DNA of 63,935 nt, the filler included, from Octopus bimaculoides (Eukaryota): the NCBI RefSeq assembly GCF_001194135.2. It is 5 parts of 5 records of this genome, joined end to end, with 100 filler letters (N's around TTAATTAATTAA, not from the genome) between each part and the next. Parts side by side here need not be neighbours in the genome. Positions count along the whole stretch, not along the records: positions 1 to 26,559 come from NC_068981.1; positions 26,660 to 40,687 come from NC_068983.1; 3 more parts are not named here. One strand, 5' to 3'. The translations under genes were made by a program, and so were the position numbers. Below the pieces are notes generated by a model. It did no database searches. It was not told the DNA's origin and saw only the letters and a program-made list of their open reading frames with translations. Positions 13,938 to 27,600 of this stretch are shown piece after piece; within the stretch, counting starts at the first letter, position 1, and each line of letters opens with the position of its first letter.

Positions 13938-14162
13938 CAAAAAGGGGAAAAGAAAGATACGTAAAAAAGATAGATGAATAGATTGAAAGAAAATACGTAG
14001 AAAACATTCTAAGAACTATTTACTTGTAGATTTCCTCAGGAACTGTGTGCTACACAGCCCGTTCATCCATTATCCTTTCCCAGTAACTAGTTTTAATGCC
14101 CTGCTGGCGCAATACACACGATATTTCCCGGAGTCTTGTTGATTTAATAATGCTGATGGTAA

Positions 14163-14240
<78 letters not shown>

Positions 14241-14241
<1 letters not shown>

Positions 14242-14637
14242 TATAAAGATCTTGAAATAGAAATTAGCAAAATGTGGAATCTGAAGACGGAAACAATACC
14301 TATTGTCATAGGTGCCCTGGGAATGACAGCGAAACGGGCTGATTACTACCTAACTCAGATACCAGGAAACCCCAAAATGGCTGAAGTTCAAAAGATAGTG
14401 CTCATGGGAACTGCCCATATCCTACGTAAAATACTGTCTATGTGATCTCAAATTTTAAAACAAACACATAATTTTCTTATGGTTTCTTAAACATTCACTA
14501 GAACAAAACTGTACAAATCCAAATATATGGTACCCTAGGCATAACACCTACATGAACTTCTAACTTGTTGTCTCTTGAGGTCTTTGGGTGAGACTTGGAT
14601 CCAACTTGTACAAATGCAAAACAAAAGTCAAACATAA
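14241..14637 (+). mobile_element. 5'-truncated R4/Dong-clade non-LTR retrotransposon (REL C-terminus + 3' UTR)
   Basis: 14242-14445 reads YKDLEIEISKMWNLKTETIPIVIGALGM...EVQKIVLMGTAHILRKILSM*; flanked on both sides by (AAT)n. Confidence 0.88.
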
Positions 14638-14699
14638 AATAATAATAATAATGATAATAATAACAATAATAATAATTGTGATGTTGATGATATTAATAA

Positions 14700-17600
14700 T
14701 TGCATTTATTTGCCACAAGGGTGAAAGATGAGGGGAAACAATACAGAGACAGACATAATAATGAAATAACAAAGAGATAAAATATACACGGTATACACTG
14801 GAAAAGAAAGGACATATATATAACATACAAAATGTAAAAAAGATATAAAAAAGATAGAGATGTGGCTCTCCTGATGCAAGAACGCCTCTAGGGATAGTCG
14901 AGAAACCCTACTGTCCGAGATTTTCCTGAAACCCTAGGAGTAAGTGCCCTCTTCAGTTCCTTCTCTCCGACTCACATGTCTACATTTAGAGAGGTACCAT
15001 CCACTCTTGCCATTTTCGCAACTTTCATCCATCTTTCAATAAACTCACCCAAGGACAGCACTTCCTTCTCCACTCTCAATTTCCTTTTCAAGTGAAACTT
15101 GAAAAAGTCAATGAGTGATCTACCAAGGAGCAATATATCTGTCCTCAAGACTTTGAACTTTGTCCAGCAAACAATCTCTTTCGCCACAGCCACAAGGCAA
15201 ATGAAAACTGCCTTGTCTGCCCTATTGAAGGAGAGCGGCGGTGCAATCATCGCTACAGACTCGACTGACAGACGGATCTGTCCCACACGTGACAAGCAGT
15301 TGTTCAACATAACCCTACGAGTTAACAATACCCGGACACTGNNNNNNNNNNNNNNNNNNNNNNNNNNNNNNNNNNNNNNNNNNNNNNNNNNNNNNNNNNN
15401 NNNNNNNNNNNNNNNNNNNNNNNNNNNNNNNNNNNNNNNNNNNNNNNNNNNNNNNNNNNNNNNNNNNNNNNNNNNNNNNNNNNNNNNNNNNNNNNNNNNN
15501 NNNNNNNNNNNNNNNNNNNNNNNNNNNNNNNNNNNNNNNNNNNNNNNNNNNNNNNNNNNNNNNNNNNNNNNNNNNNNNNNNNNNNNNNNNNNNNNNNNNN
15601 NNNNNNNNNNNNNNNNNNNNNNNNNNNNNNNNNNNNNNNNNNNNNNNNNNNNNNNNNNNNNACTAATCCTGTATAAATTTCTAAAGCGGAACACCCACCG
15701 ACCCCATTACCCGACTAGTAGAGGGTTGTGAGCGCCTGGCGACATTCTAGGTGCCAGGCGCCCTGTCCCGGTCTTTTTGTCGCCCAGGACTGCAGCTCCG
15801 TCAAGGAGATGAGCTGCAGAAAGACAAGCCTCAAAAACGGAGCCCAAACACGCTCACCAAAATCCCATTCCAGTCCCCTACTAATAGTAAACTGCGAGAC
15901 GTTCCCAGGTTAGTTTCTAGACACCAAAAGAATTCTTGCCTTCCAGCTCCTGTCGGAACACAGGTGATCATCAGTCTAAGGGCACCACCTTCGCTACCAT
16001 TTACGTCTAGGACCACCAATCTGTCGCCCGAGTCATTGCCTTTACCTCGAGATCTAAGGAATTGCGGAATAGCAATGCTACCCCGCCGCCCGCTCCAGTC
16101 TCATAGTCATCGAAAATGTTCGTTAATGCTTGCGCATTAGAAATCCTTGTCTTGCTAATTGCAGCCACATCTAAATCGTGCGACCTGATGTCGTTTAGGA
16201 AATGACCTTGCTCCCAAACTGACCTCAAGCCACGAACATTCACACGCTCTACTCTGAAAACGATCATGTTTATTGGAGAAACAAAATGGAAGGTCACCTA
16301 CCTTGGATTTTGAGAGGATCGGCCGATTCAGCAGCATCGTCTGACGCATTATCATTAATGAAGGAACTTCCTAAAATCCTCTTATCCGGCTTTAGCCTAA
16401 AAGGCCCAATGTCTTTTGGGTATTTTTAAAAAGCTTTAGGTGAGTATTTGTGTCCGTTTTTATCAGCTGTCTGTAACTGGGAATTTTCGACAAAAATTTA
16501 TCGAACCCTACTCCTTTTGTGTGAATTTTGTATTTTCTCTTACTTCCTGAATCAACTCGCAGTTGCTCTTGCGAATGACTGTGAAGCTGATGAGGCGTTC
16601 GGGTTCTCTAGTCAGTTGTATGGGTTGTTCTTGTGATTGTTATTTTCTTTCATGTATTTGTTTCTGCTTTGGTGCTTTTTGTATTTTAGTTGTGATTGAA
16701 TGAGTGTGCATTGCTTTTATTGTTGGGATTTGGGCGGGTGTGTTGGTATTAGTTTAACTGATGGATTAGGTGAATTTTCCTCGTCTTGTCTTTTCCCTTT
16801 CAGCTTAGGACGGCCTTTTTTTTTAACTAATTTCTCGCTTTCCCCAGCACAACTCCTAGCAGGATTCAGTTCCTCCTCGTCACTTGATATGGCTCCTGAA
16901 TCATCCATGCCGGGAGTATATGGTGTATCTATGTCACCCACCTGCTTGTTTCCACCGCTACAGTTGTTGGAGCCATTGTGGTGGTAGGATTCTGCTGTTG
17001 AAAATGTTGCTTTAATGGCTGTTACTGCACTGATTGTTATTGCAGCTTTTGGCCTTCTTGTGATGGCGGTTGTAGCAGAGCCGCCGTTTCTCGAGCTACC
17101 TTTTGTTGATTTTGTGGGCAGCGGACCTTGAAATGGGCGTTAGACCCACAAGTCTAGCACCTTGGCTTTCTGCTTCCCACCACAACTTGGAGTTGCGCTT
17201 CGTTGGGCAGCTAGATAAGGTCAGGGACATTGTCCAAGGGTTCCGGTTTTACCTGAATCAAAATCTCCAACCCGATTCCGGACCATTTCTCTCGATATTT
17301 TTTAATTTCTAGAAGCGAATCTGGGCCATAGACCACAACGCACGCAACCAACCACCAAATGTCTAATTCTGGTGGCATATCTGATATTTTAACTTTTACC
17401 ACCCGCCGTCCAAGGTAGGTAGGAAGAAGAAAATCCTCGTGTTTGCACTGGACCATTGAATGTTTTGCGGCCAGTGACCCTCTGAGGAACCGCACTTCCA
17501 CAGAACCATATTGTCTCCCACGTGTGAGGAAATCAATATCAGTCTAAATGCTCATTCAAGCATTTTTCTACTTGGATGTGTCGATTCTCCTCGTCTTTGG

Positions 17601-17860
17601 CGACACCCATCTGTATACGATAGTCCTTCTGGCTGTCTTCTCCATCAAATCCGAAGGTATAGCAAGCTTGGTTTTCCTATCACCTCTATTGAAGAGTTTT
17701 TTTCTGCTTCACTCAGGTACGTATGTTTTTTCTTCCAGGGAGTTTTGCTCCTGCAATTTTGTTACTCCTGAAAAGGAGTTCTTTTTATCGTTACTGTTAT
17801 TGTTGGTGTTTATTAATATGCTGGATAATAAGATCTTGTGAGAAAGAGTTATATATTCTT
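14700..17860 (-). mobile_element. Tx1/L1-clade LINE, degenerate, with internal gap or deletion
   Basis: ORF1 has a CCHC knuckle (C*TCGSNAHFKVRCP); ORF2 has APE endonuclease motifs (NVRGLRS, DVAAISKTR, GGGVALL, LLLVGDWN); the ORF2 C-terminus ends at 14972; the 3' UTR ends CCCTTGTGGCAAATAAA followed by an (ATT)n-like tail. Confidence 0.85.
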
Positions 17861-17863
17861 GTA

Positions 17864-18070
17864 CGGGTCTGATCAATAAGTAACCGGACTGCAACACGCT
17901 ACACACCTCTTTCGAAGCACTGCTGTAAACCACGGAAGTGAGCTAGAACGTTAAAATTCAGTGTGCATGTACAGCAGAGTTCAGGGTTAGTCTTTGTCAA
18001 GCGGCTTTACTCGGCGTACTTTAGCTTCGTTACCAGGGCAACAGTCCGGATATTTACTGGTCAGCCATCG
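17864..18070. mobile_element. mariner-derived MITE
   Basis: TA|CGGGTCTGATCAATAAGTAACCGGACT...AGTCCGGATATTTACTGGTCAGCCATCG|TA; TIRs and body match the element at 46454-47291. Confidence 0.85.
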
Positions 18071-18477
18071 TATAGTTAAGATTAGAATAACGTAATCCGA
18101 TATTAAATAAAAGTATTGTAGAATAGAGAATAAGAAATAAAATTGAATTTATAAATCAAAATATTAATGGACTGAAAATTAAATTTGCAAAGCTGAAAAT
18201 TAATTATTTGAAAATTAATAATTAGAAATTGATTAAATATCAATAATGAAACGTTTTCAAAAATTAAGGTGACGGTAAAAACAAGAATTAAAGTAAATAT
18301 AATAGCTTTCAAATTATTGAATACAATTAAACGAGCTTCAAATTTCCACTTCACGTTAATATAATTTTGTTCCTTAATTTCAAAATTTTCATTTTCATTC
18401 TTCATTTTATTTTTACTTTGCACCGGCTCACCCAAACTACCACATATATGCCTGTATGTATAATCGANNNNNNNNNN

Positions 18478-18533
<56 letters not shown>

Positions 18534-18663
18534 GTATGTATAACATGTATACACACACATATATATTCATCTACACATATACATGCGTACATATACATAT
18601 ATTCATTCATACACACTTGCATGCATACATACATATATACATATATACATATATACATACATA

Positions 18664-18705
<42 letters not shown>

Positions 18706-19399
18706 CACGTTAATATGGCCTGCACGCTATAACAATGCGATAAAGCGTATTGTGATCAGTGGTGTACAGCAACATCTGATAGTCTGATCGACGCAGTAAT
18801 GCAATAATTTAAATCATCATAAACTCATTCTTTATGACACCCAAACTCTTTACATAATTATAGATATATATTTGCTATCTACTGAACATAAATGACTTTA
18901 ATTGATTCGCCTTATTCTAAATAATATTGTGATGGTATTGCTAACTAGATATGCTAGGTCAATGTTTCTTTAAGGTCGTTCCTGAATATCGGTTCTGTTT
19001 TTCATTCCGTACCATTTCTGACCTTCAACTCGTATCGTCTTCGCAGACAAATATCTGATATCTGTAAATCTGATATTTAAAATAATTTTTAAAGTTTACA
19101 ATTATATATTTTCATGTGAACACTGAATATTACCTATAATACTTCCATTAGTCTACGATGCATAATTATTCTTTTATGATAATAACTGCTTTCCTGATAT
19201 TCAGTTGATCCTTGTCTCTCTATTTGATTTCTTTTTCTGTTTCTTTTATTCTTTTCCTTTCCTTCTCACTCCTCTGAAATTTCTAGGGAGCATTGTTAAA
19301 CTATGATTTTCATTATGCCATTCTCCTGGAATTATAATTATATGACTTTTCATTGGTTCAGCTAATATTCTATAATTTCTGTAAATACTATTCTAAATA

Positions 19400-19750
19400 C
19401 CTTTATTGCGATTATCGAAGTAAGAAAGTGGCTAGGTAAAGTTGGATTATTTGAACCAGATCAATAGTTAATGTAGATAACATCAAAACAATATAACACT
19501 AATGCTCTTTATGAATAAGATCGGTGGCTGCTCTTTGAACATATTTTGATGGGATCAAATGCCACTCTTGGTACTTACTATCCACCAACATACAAGTATA
19601 TTCTGCCACCGATAGCTTCGATGAATGAGGTTGCTAAGTTTAATGGCAGCGTTGCATATAAATGCGTTCAACTGTTCTTTAACTTACATCACTCTACTAT
19701 CAAACCTCACTGATTGGAGAGGTTGTTGTCCCATTCACCTTATATTTCTT
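19400..19750 (-). mobile_element. Ancient CR1/L2-like LINE fragment
   Basis: Minus-strand KYVQRAATDLI resembles the LE.VQRRAT..I motif; heavily decayed. Confidence 0.35.
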
Positions 19751-20515
19751 CAATAATGGTAATTCTGATTATAAATTTCACTTGTTGATATAATCTGCTG
19801 ATTAATCAACATGTCATTGCTCATTGTTTATTTGAGCAGGTTGAAGCTCAAATAAACTGATACGTTGAGAGATGCATAATATATTACGTAATCTTATAGA
19901 TTTTGCTCATACCGTTTACCAGTCTGTACTATGCATACCTCATAATAAAAACACTTGAAACAATTCCAGCAATACTAGATAACAAATTCGTTTGTTATTA
20001 TCATGCCTTCGTCGCTGGACACTGGGATTGTGAATTACCTAACAACAGTGAACGATCGTTTTGTGCTCTCATTAATTAACTGCTCGTTTTGCGACATTCT
20101 ATCTAGCCAATTTGTGGCGTGCTTCACTTCGACATACCCTGATCCTTAAGAGTTCTCTATAATTAAAATTATCTGTCTGTCTGTCTATCTGTCTTCTTTG
20201 ACTCTGTCGCCACCAGCTGATTGAATAGTAAGCACAGATATCGATAAACCATGATATCCGTTTGGCAGGTGAAGATGGGGTATGTACGTTGCTTGAGTTT
20301 GTCTGCTTGCATATATTTTTCGTTGCGAACTATTTGCCTTCTGCATTCTCATTGTTTCACAGTTGTCCGATATTGAGGTTCTTGTTCTAATAAAGGTATA
20401 TTTGTTTCATATGTTCTGGGAATTCATGTGTTGTTGATTTTGCTGCATATACATACATAATACATACATAATACACACATACACACACAGATAGATGATA
20501 GAGGTAAATAGATAG

Positions 20516-20546
<31 letters not shown>

Positions 20547-20717
20547 CATACATACATCCATCCATACATATATACATATATGCATAAACGCACACATATG
20601 TATATGCAGCAATACAACTTTTACCGGAACCAGTATCTGAATAGAAGACAACTGGGGAAAAGATTTATTTTCCAATAAACATGCTGAACAGTAGTATATA
20701 TCTCCTCTTTACCTGCC

Positions 20718-20782
20718 TAACGGATATCATGGTGTTTCGACACCTACGCTTACCATTCGATCTGGTGATTTCATCAGCATTA
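20718..20782 (-). ncRNA. Type I hammerhead ribozyme candidate
   Basis: UAAUG-CUGAUGA-AAUCACC...GGUGUC-GAAA-CACCAUGAU-AUC^CGUUA; 5-bp stem I UAAUG/CGUUA; core intact; A-C mismatch at the base of stem II. Confidence 0.55.
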
Positions 20783-21321
20783 TAATTATAAATGTTGCTT
20801 CAGAATAGTTGGCAAGATGTAGGAGTCAAATATAATCTCACTATGTTCATTAGATCGACACCTGCTTATTAGTTATAAAGTATAAATGCAAACATCAAAC
20901 CTACAAACATAACACGTCAAAAAACTGCAGCTAACAGATATAGAAATTGCGTAAATTAAATTGTAGAAAATAGGGAAAAATAACTGCAAACACATTCGTA
21001 TCTAAAGAACTATAAGGACTAATAACTATAACATACATAAAACAAAACTAAATGTAGAAGACAACAGTGATTAAAGAATATAAACAGAAAATTGTTACGA
21101 ATACAGAAATCAATAAAATGCGGAAAAAGCAAAATTCAGTAAAGGAATGACCTGCCCCAGTTTCACAAGGCAACAAACATAATCAAACTGAAGAGAATAA
21201 ATCTTCGCAGAAACACTAAGCATATAAATTGAAGAATAAAAAGTAAATAAAATATTGTTTTGTTCAAAACAAAACAGGAAGAAATAACAAACCAAATACA
21301 CATTACATTAAATATAATATA

Positions 21322-21720
21322 CTAGCAAGCACACCCAACGTTGTTCAGGATTAAGTTGCATAATTCGTGAATCGCGAAATCCTCCAATCGAGATATTTCA
21401 CTGTTCCTTGGTGGTAATTTCTCCCTTGCAAATATATGTGGTAACCGTCTGTTCCTCATGGAAAGAACAATGGATACATCAAAGGATCATTGGATCGATG
21501 TAATTCTGAAATTCTCAATCCGCCTTGTTTCAACTGAACCACAACATATCTATTTCCTGTAGCCTTATTTGACGTTAAAATTGTAACTTCAGCCCCTGCT
21601 GGTGCATTAAAACGCCGAGCATGTTCTCTCTTGGCACGCTTATTTTCCCCGACGTTTATGGTAAATTTAACTCTTCTTACAGATGGATTTCAACCTTAGG
21701 CAGATGTATTTATGTGACCA
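21322..21720 (-). mobile_element. Internally deleted Helitron (Rep-proximal coding joined to the 3' terminus)
   Basis: Minus strand reads HARRFNAPAGAEV...RISELHRSNDPLMYPLFFP*GTDGYHI, then a decayed terminal hairpin (CCTGAACAACGTTGGG) and CTAG|T. Confidence 0.85.
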
Positions 21721-22487
21721 AAGCTGGTCGTGACAAACAAGGAGTTGTACTCCCTGAGCCTTGACAAGGGAACAGTTCTAGAAATAACTGAGGCAGAGGT
21801 GAAAATAGACCCAATGTAACCTTTCCATTTCCACAGCACATTCTAGTGATTCTCCAGTAAATTTCTTGGCGCCTCACTAACAAAGTTTGGCCATTTCTCC
21901 AATTGCAGCCTTGTTACATGGGTAACTTTTGTCATACAATAATGCAGAACGATTAGCATTTTGAATCTCTAGTTGTCTTAAATTTTGATACCTGTTTCTA
22001 TCAGCAATCAAACGCTGCTGTATCTCTTCTTCAGACTAATTTCTTCTTGCCAATATATGGCAAAATATATCTTACTCCTGGCTTTCTTAACGCTCGTCAA
22101 AGGTTTCATTTTTCCGAGACTCTGTTTGCATCTGTCTCTGTCTAGAAAGTCATTCATTCCTTGTATCAGAGCTTTCAGATTCGCGAGACTCTCTTTGTCT
22201 TTGACCGTGCCTAGAAAGTCGTTCTTCCCTTGCCTCACAGCTTTTAGATTGACGACGAAGCTTTATTCTTTGTGCATGTGGAGTATTTGCATAAGTGGAT
22301 TTTCTTTTCCGTGGCATAATGGGTGTCTGGAGAAAAAGTAATAAAAGAAAATGTTAAAAATAGAGGCATTTACTAATACGTTTTCTTGACATAATTCTAG
22401 TAATGTTTTGTCATAGATAAAATATGTAAATTTGCAGAATTTTTCTATAAAAGAGAGGTGATTTTTCTTTTACGTTTAATTGAAAAA

Positions 22488-23345
22488 CCCGTGATAATAG
22501 AGGTTCAAATACTCAAGTTACGGGTTTCCAAACTTTGCAATATAAGGGGGTTTAGCCCCCATTAGGGTGTCTTATTTAATATTGTTGACATTTGCTGATA
22601 TTTTGGGAATAGGCATCATTTCTGTTCATTTCACTATGATTTAAATTACATTTAAATCAACGGGAAAAAAATTACAGTAGTGGGGTTTGTGTCATCCCCC
22701 TGCCCGGAGACCTCTTTGATCGAAATGAAATATACTTTTACAAATACCCTGGGTAACGTAGTTTCAGAATATATACAGTTATGGGGCTCTATCTCCAAAA
22801 CCCTAGAAAAGTTTGAGTGGAGGGAAAGGGGTTGTGCCCCCGGGGACCCTTTGATCAAAATGAAATATACTTATCCAAGTACCCCGGTTAATGCTGTTTC
22901 AGAATATATATGGTTCTGGGGCTTTATCTCCAAAACCCAAGGAAGAGTTCAATAACAAACAAGCAGACAGACAGAGGCTAAACCACCCGTGATAATATAG
23001 GTTCAAATACTCAAGTTATGGGCTTCTAAAATTTGCAATATAAGGGGGTTTAACCTCCATTAGGGTTTCTTAATATTATTGAAATTTACTCGTATTTTGG
23101 GAATAGGCATCATTTCTGTTCATTTACCTATGGTTTAAGTTTCATTTGAATCAATGGGAAAAAATGGGGGATGAGGTGGTTGTGCTCCCCGGGGACCCCT
23201 TTGGTCTAAATGAAATATACTTATCCAAGTGCCCTGGGTAATGTAGTTTCAGAATATATATATGGTAATGGGGGTCTATCTTCAACATCTAAGGAAGAGT
23301 TTATATGAAAAACGGATTAGACTCAAACTATCACTCCTATATTAT
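22488..23345. repeat. About 498-bp tandem duplication with an internal 135-bp subrepeat, probably non-autonomous Helitron/Helentron-like
   Basis: CCCGTGATAATA..GTTCAAATACTCAAGTTA at 22488 and 22986; AAATGAAATATAC at 22723, 22858 and about 23209. Confidence 0.75.
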
Positions 23346-23499
23346 ATTTTAATTGGTTAAATGAATCTTATATTATCTTTTACTTGGTTAAATGAATTGG
23401 TTAAATGAATTTCTACTCTTTTCCGATATTCACAAGATGTCAACGCTGAAGACTAGAAGCCATGTTAATTGGTACAGGGAAAGAGCTTCCTGTATCAGA

Positions 23500-24493
23500 G
23501 CTTGGGTTGTGCCAGTAGACAAAAACTAATGCACAATTCAAACTGTCAGTGATGATAAAGTGTCGAGCAATTGAGCTAAGACTAATGGAATTGTGGCGGA
23601 AAGCAGTACACGGATCACTTGGTAAAGGAAACTTGGCAATGAAAAATGCTTTTATACACTCACTTGATACACCATTCAATATTTTGAACTGTAAGTGTTC
23701 CATAGTTTTGTGTTCAAAAGAGGATTGTTCTACCACTGGTAAGAGAGGAAATCCTTCCCGCATTGACTGTTGTTGCCCTTGTGAAATGAGGATACCTTTT
23801 CTAGAGCTAGATTTCATAACCTCACAGAGAACAATAGCAGGAGGCTAAGGCAGTATGCAAATGGGCTCAACTGATTATAAAGAAAGTAAGAGACGGATTT
23901 CTACTGAAAACAAGAAAGGCCTTGTGAGAGAGAGGGAGGAGAAGAAGAGAATGAAGAGTGAAGTCATGCAAAAAAAGCACAGCACTGATGTAACGTTTAT
24001 CAGTTTTTTTGATAGTTCTTTTGAAGAAAATGAAGTAACGTCAGATGAAACTTCTAAAGAATCTTCTGAAGCGATACCAAAAAACAGAAAAATACAATAC
24101 AAGAGACATTTCAAACTTTGCATTAGCTAGTATTCGTCACCATACTGGACTCCGTGAGGCTGCTGCAATTGCCACTGCCGCTTAGATAGATGCAGGCCTC
24201 AACAGTCAAGAAGACTAATCTTTGGTTATAGATCATAATAAACTTATAATTACGTCAGAAAGTAATGAGTGAGATATCTGATCACCAAGAAAAAGAATTA
24301 GAAGGAGGGCTCTCCTGTCTTTTGTTTGATGGAAGAATAAATGAAAACAAAGTTATGATTGAAGTAGATGGAATTTCCAGAAAATTTCCAGGTCTAATCC
24401 AAGACGAGCACTACATTGTCTGCTTGGTGGCCAGTTTTTGTTTCATTTTACCCCTGAAGTTGAAGTGGAAGGGAAAAACATGCACAGATAATT
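23500..24493 (+). mobile_element. Degenerate DNA-transposon transposase, hAT-like (hATm-type, tentative)
   Basis: Cys-rich segment, then IRHHTGLREAAAIATAA*IDAG..SLVIDHNKL and LSCLLFDGR...DEHY; multiple stops; truncated by an N gap. Confidence 0.65.
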
Positions 24494-24853
24494 NNNNNNN
24501 NNNNNNNNNNNNNNNNNNNNNNNNNNNNNNNNNNNNNNNNNNNNNNNNNNNNNNNNNNNNNNNNNNNNNNNNNNNNNNNNNNNNNNNNNNNNNNNNNNNN
24601 NNNNNNNNNNNNNNNNNNNNNNNNNNNNNNNNNNNNNNNNNNNNNNNNNNNNNNNNNNNNNNNNNNNNNNNNNNNNNNNNNNNNNNNNNNNNNNNNNNNN
24701 NNNNNNNNNNNNNNNNNNNNNNNNNNNNNNNNNNNNNNNNNNNNNNNNNNNNNNNNNNNNNNNNNNNNNNNNNNNNNNNNNNNNNNNNNNNNNNNNNNNN
24801 NNNNNNNNNNNNNNNNNNNNNNNNNNNNNNNNNNNNNNNNNNNNNNNNACATA

Positions 24854-24885
<32 letters not shown>

Positions 24886-26413
24886 AGTGTGTGTGTGTAT
24901 GTGCGTGTGCGTTCTTTATGTTAAACATTTTCCCATTTAATTGAGCGTTTACTTTTACTTAGTAGTTTTTGTAGATACTATACTTTAACTTGAATAATAT
25001 CGACATGACTTCGCGTGCTAAGCCATCGTTTGACTATGATACATTCGAATTCGGCTTGACTTTATATAGCCTGTATTTTGCTATAATTTTCTACTGTAGA
25101 TGGAGCGTATATTGCATAACATCGTCAAGTTAATACGTTCACTGTGTACGACCTTTTGACATTCGTTGATAGCTTTTGATCAGTAACTGTCTTGTATGTG
25201 TAGTCGATCAAGCCATTAATTTTAAGGCAATATCGAAGAAACTGATTATTTGCCAGTGTGTACACATTGCGTTTTAAACACATTTTACAAGATTAGTGCA
25301 ATCCTTCATGAATTTATGCTATTTTTTTTTTCACTTGAAGTTTAAGAAAAATGATATGGCCATCATCCCTATATATGCCGACTGATATAGCTGTAATCAT
25401 TACTAATTTCGTTCACAGCGTTTAATCCAATTGCTACGTGTATATTTTCGATTTATTTTTATTTTTTTAATTCAAAGTTTCTTGAAGTAGACAATGTATA
25501 TACTTCCCTAGATGATTCCATATCTGTCGATTCTATAGTGATGCTGGTACATGCGAAAGTAATGACATCCTTTAGAATCAAGTTGGAACAAAATGCTCGA
25601 GTTTGTTGTTGATGGAGTTAAACTAATGGATAAAATGGATTGAATTGTTCTGAAGCAGGAAAGTAATCTTGATTCTATGTGAAAATTCAAAAGCATTTTG
25701 CATATTATTTGTTCAAGAAAGCGATTATGATAAATGTTTTGTATTAGCATTTAAGAGACAAGAAAGATGGCTGGGTGAAGAAAATAATGTCCAGAGAAAA
25801 TATTTCAAAGTTGGAAAGAAATCATGTTCATCCGAAGATAAGGCAATGTAAGATTAGTTTACTTAAACTTGTTAAGTAAAATGTCTAGGTAACATTGACA
25901 AATTTTCTGCACTCAGAAAACAGTGAATCAGAGCAAATGCCACGGGTATTATTTCCGTAGCTCTGAATGCAATGATAATACGGCGTGTTAAAGGACGATT
26001 TAGCAGCTGTTTCTTGAAAATCAAGCAACTATCTATAATATTTTTTCTTTGAAAAGTTTACACGCCAAAACTTATTGAATTGTACATTTAAAGTACAAAA
26101 CTATAATACTTCTCACAGCTCAGTTTGAATACAACAATTTAACGTGGTAATTTGAATACAAAAACATTCATTTCTTATAGCTGAATCGATTATATCTTAG
26201 CTAAACGACACGACAGCATCAAGAAAAGTAGCAACATCGCGTTAGTCTAAGAGGTTACTGGTGAATTGTAAACTGAATTCAGGAAACATTCGTGTTGTTA
26301 TTAAATCTTTCAAGATGAACATACCAATAAAGGAAGAATACAAAATGTTATTGAATTCTACATTTTATTTCAATCATTTGTATCTTATTATCTCTGTGTC
26401 TTTCACTTTCTCT

Positions 26414-26470
<57 letters not shown>

Positions 26471-26603
26471 TATTTACACATTCACACAACTATATGTACA
26501 TATTTTCAGACATTATTATAAATTCCCCAATATGTATGTATGTATCTGCCCCTTTTCTCNNNNNNNNNNNNNNNNNNNNNNNNNNNNNNNNNNNNNNNNN
26601 NNN

Positions 26604-26615
26604 TTAATTAATTAA
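26604..26615. other. Assembly linker TTAATTAATTAA inside an N gap (also 40732-40743, 57958-57969, 62763-62774)
   Basis: Identical 12-mer, with stops in all six frames, centred in about 100-base N blocks, four times. Confidence 0.9.
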
Positions 26616-26869
26616 NNNNNNNNNNNNNNNNNNNNNNNNNNNNNNNNNNNNNNNNNNNNATATAGGAGATGTACTTGCATAGCAAGTGACCTGATCTGAG
26701 ATCGTGTGCTGGAACGAAAACAATTGCAACGTGGAAGGTGTTTATAAGCCATTTAAGAAACACACAAAAACCGTTAGATTCACTTCAACATTTAAATTTA
26801 ATTTGCCAAAATATTTTCGTCGCTTTTGGATGCTGGTACAAGAAGCCGACTCTCTACCAACCATAACTT

Positions 26870-27600
26870 ATCAACATATACTTGCACCACTCTACCGCAC
26901 CATATAATCAGATGAACAGATAAGTTCGTATCCGCAGAAAACCATCCATAGATATGTTTGCAGAAATTTTCAGGATAATAGCAACATTGATAATCGAAGC
27001 AGTCTATGGTGGACCAACAACCAAATTACTAACTCTCACTTTGAAAGTTATGCATTTGCTATCCAGGAACAGGAAAGAGTAACCAAATTTCTGAAGCACA
27101 AAAGGGACAGAGATGCAGGAAAAAACCGAAATGTGATAGTCGATGCAGACTGTGGCATATCACCGAAGATATCACCCTCATCACAAGCAGTTGTTCGTTA
27201 CGTCAATGAGACATGATGTTGTGGCCAAGACACAGTACAATGAGATCTATTGGAAGGATAATACTGAGACCAAAGTTAAAAGAACCCACAATACCATAGA
27301 GACCACTCATGTTATGAAAGGGTGCTGGTGCAATGTCCCTGTGAAACCTCAATAAAATGCAAACATAATAGACCAGAGATAGTAATTTGGACAGAGAGGA
27401 GAAACTATGTATAGCCATAGAAATCAATTGCTCAGCGGATGTCACTATTAAGCTAAAGATCAGCGAAAAAAAACCCCAAAACACCTACACTGAATTATTG
27501 AATAATTTATAGCTACTCCACTCTGATATCAAGTTCAGATTTATACGTGTAATTATTGGGCCAAGGTTTCTCAAGATCAGAAAGGAGAATGCTAATTTGA
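26870..27600 (+). mobile_element. R4/Dong-clade LINE fragment (CCHC knuckle + REL), degenerate
   Basis: Frameshifted ESYAFAIQEQ, CRL...EDI..ITSSC, RHDVVAK, HNRPEIVIW..EEKLCIAIE. Confidence 0.8.
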
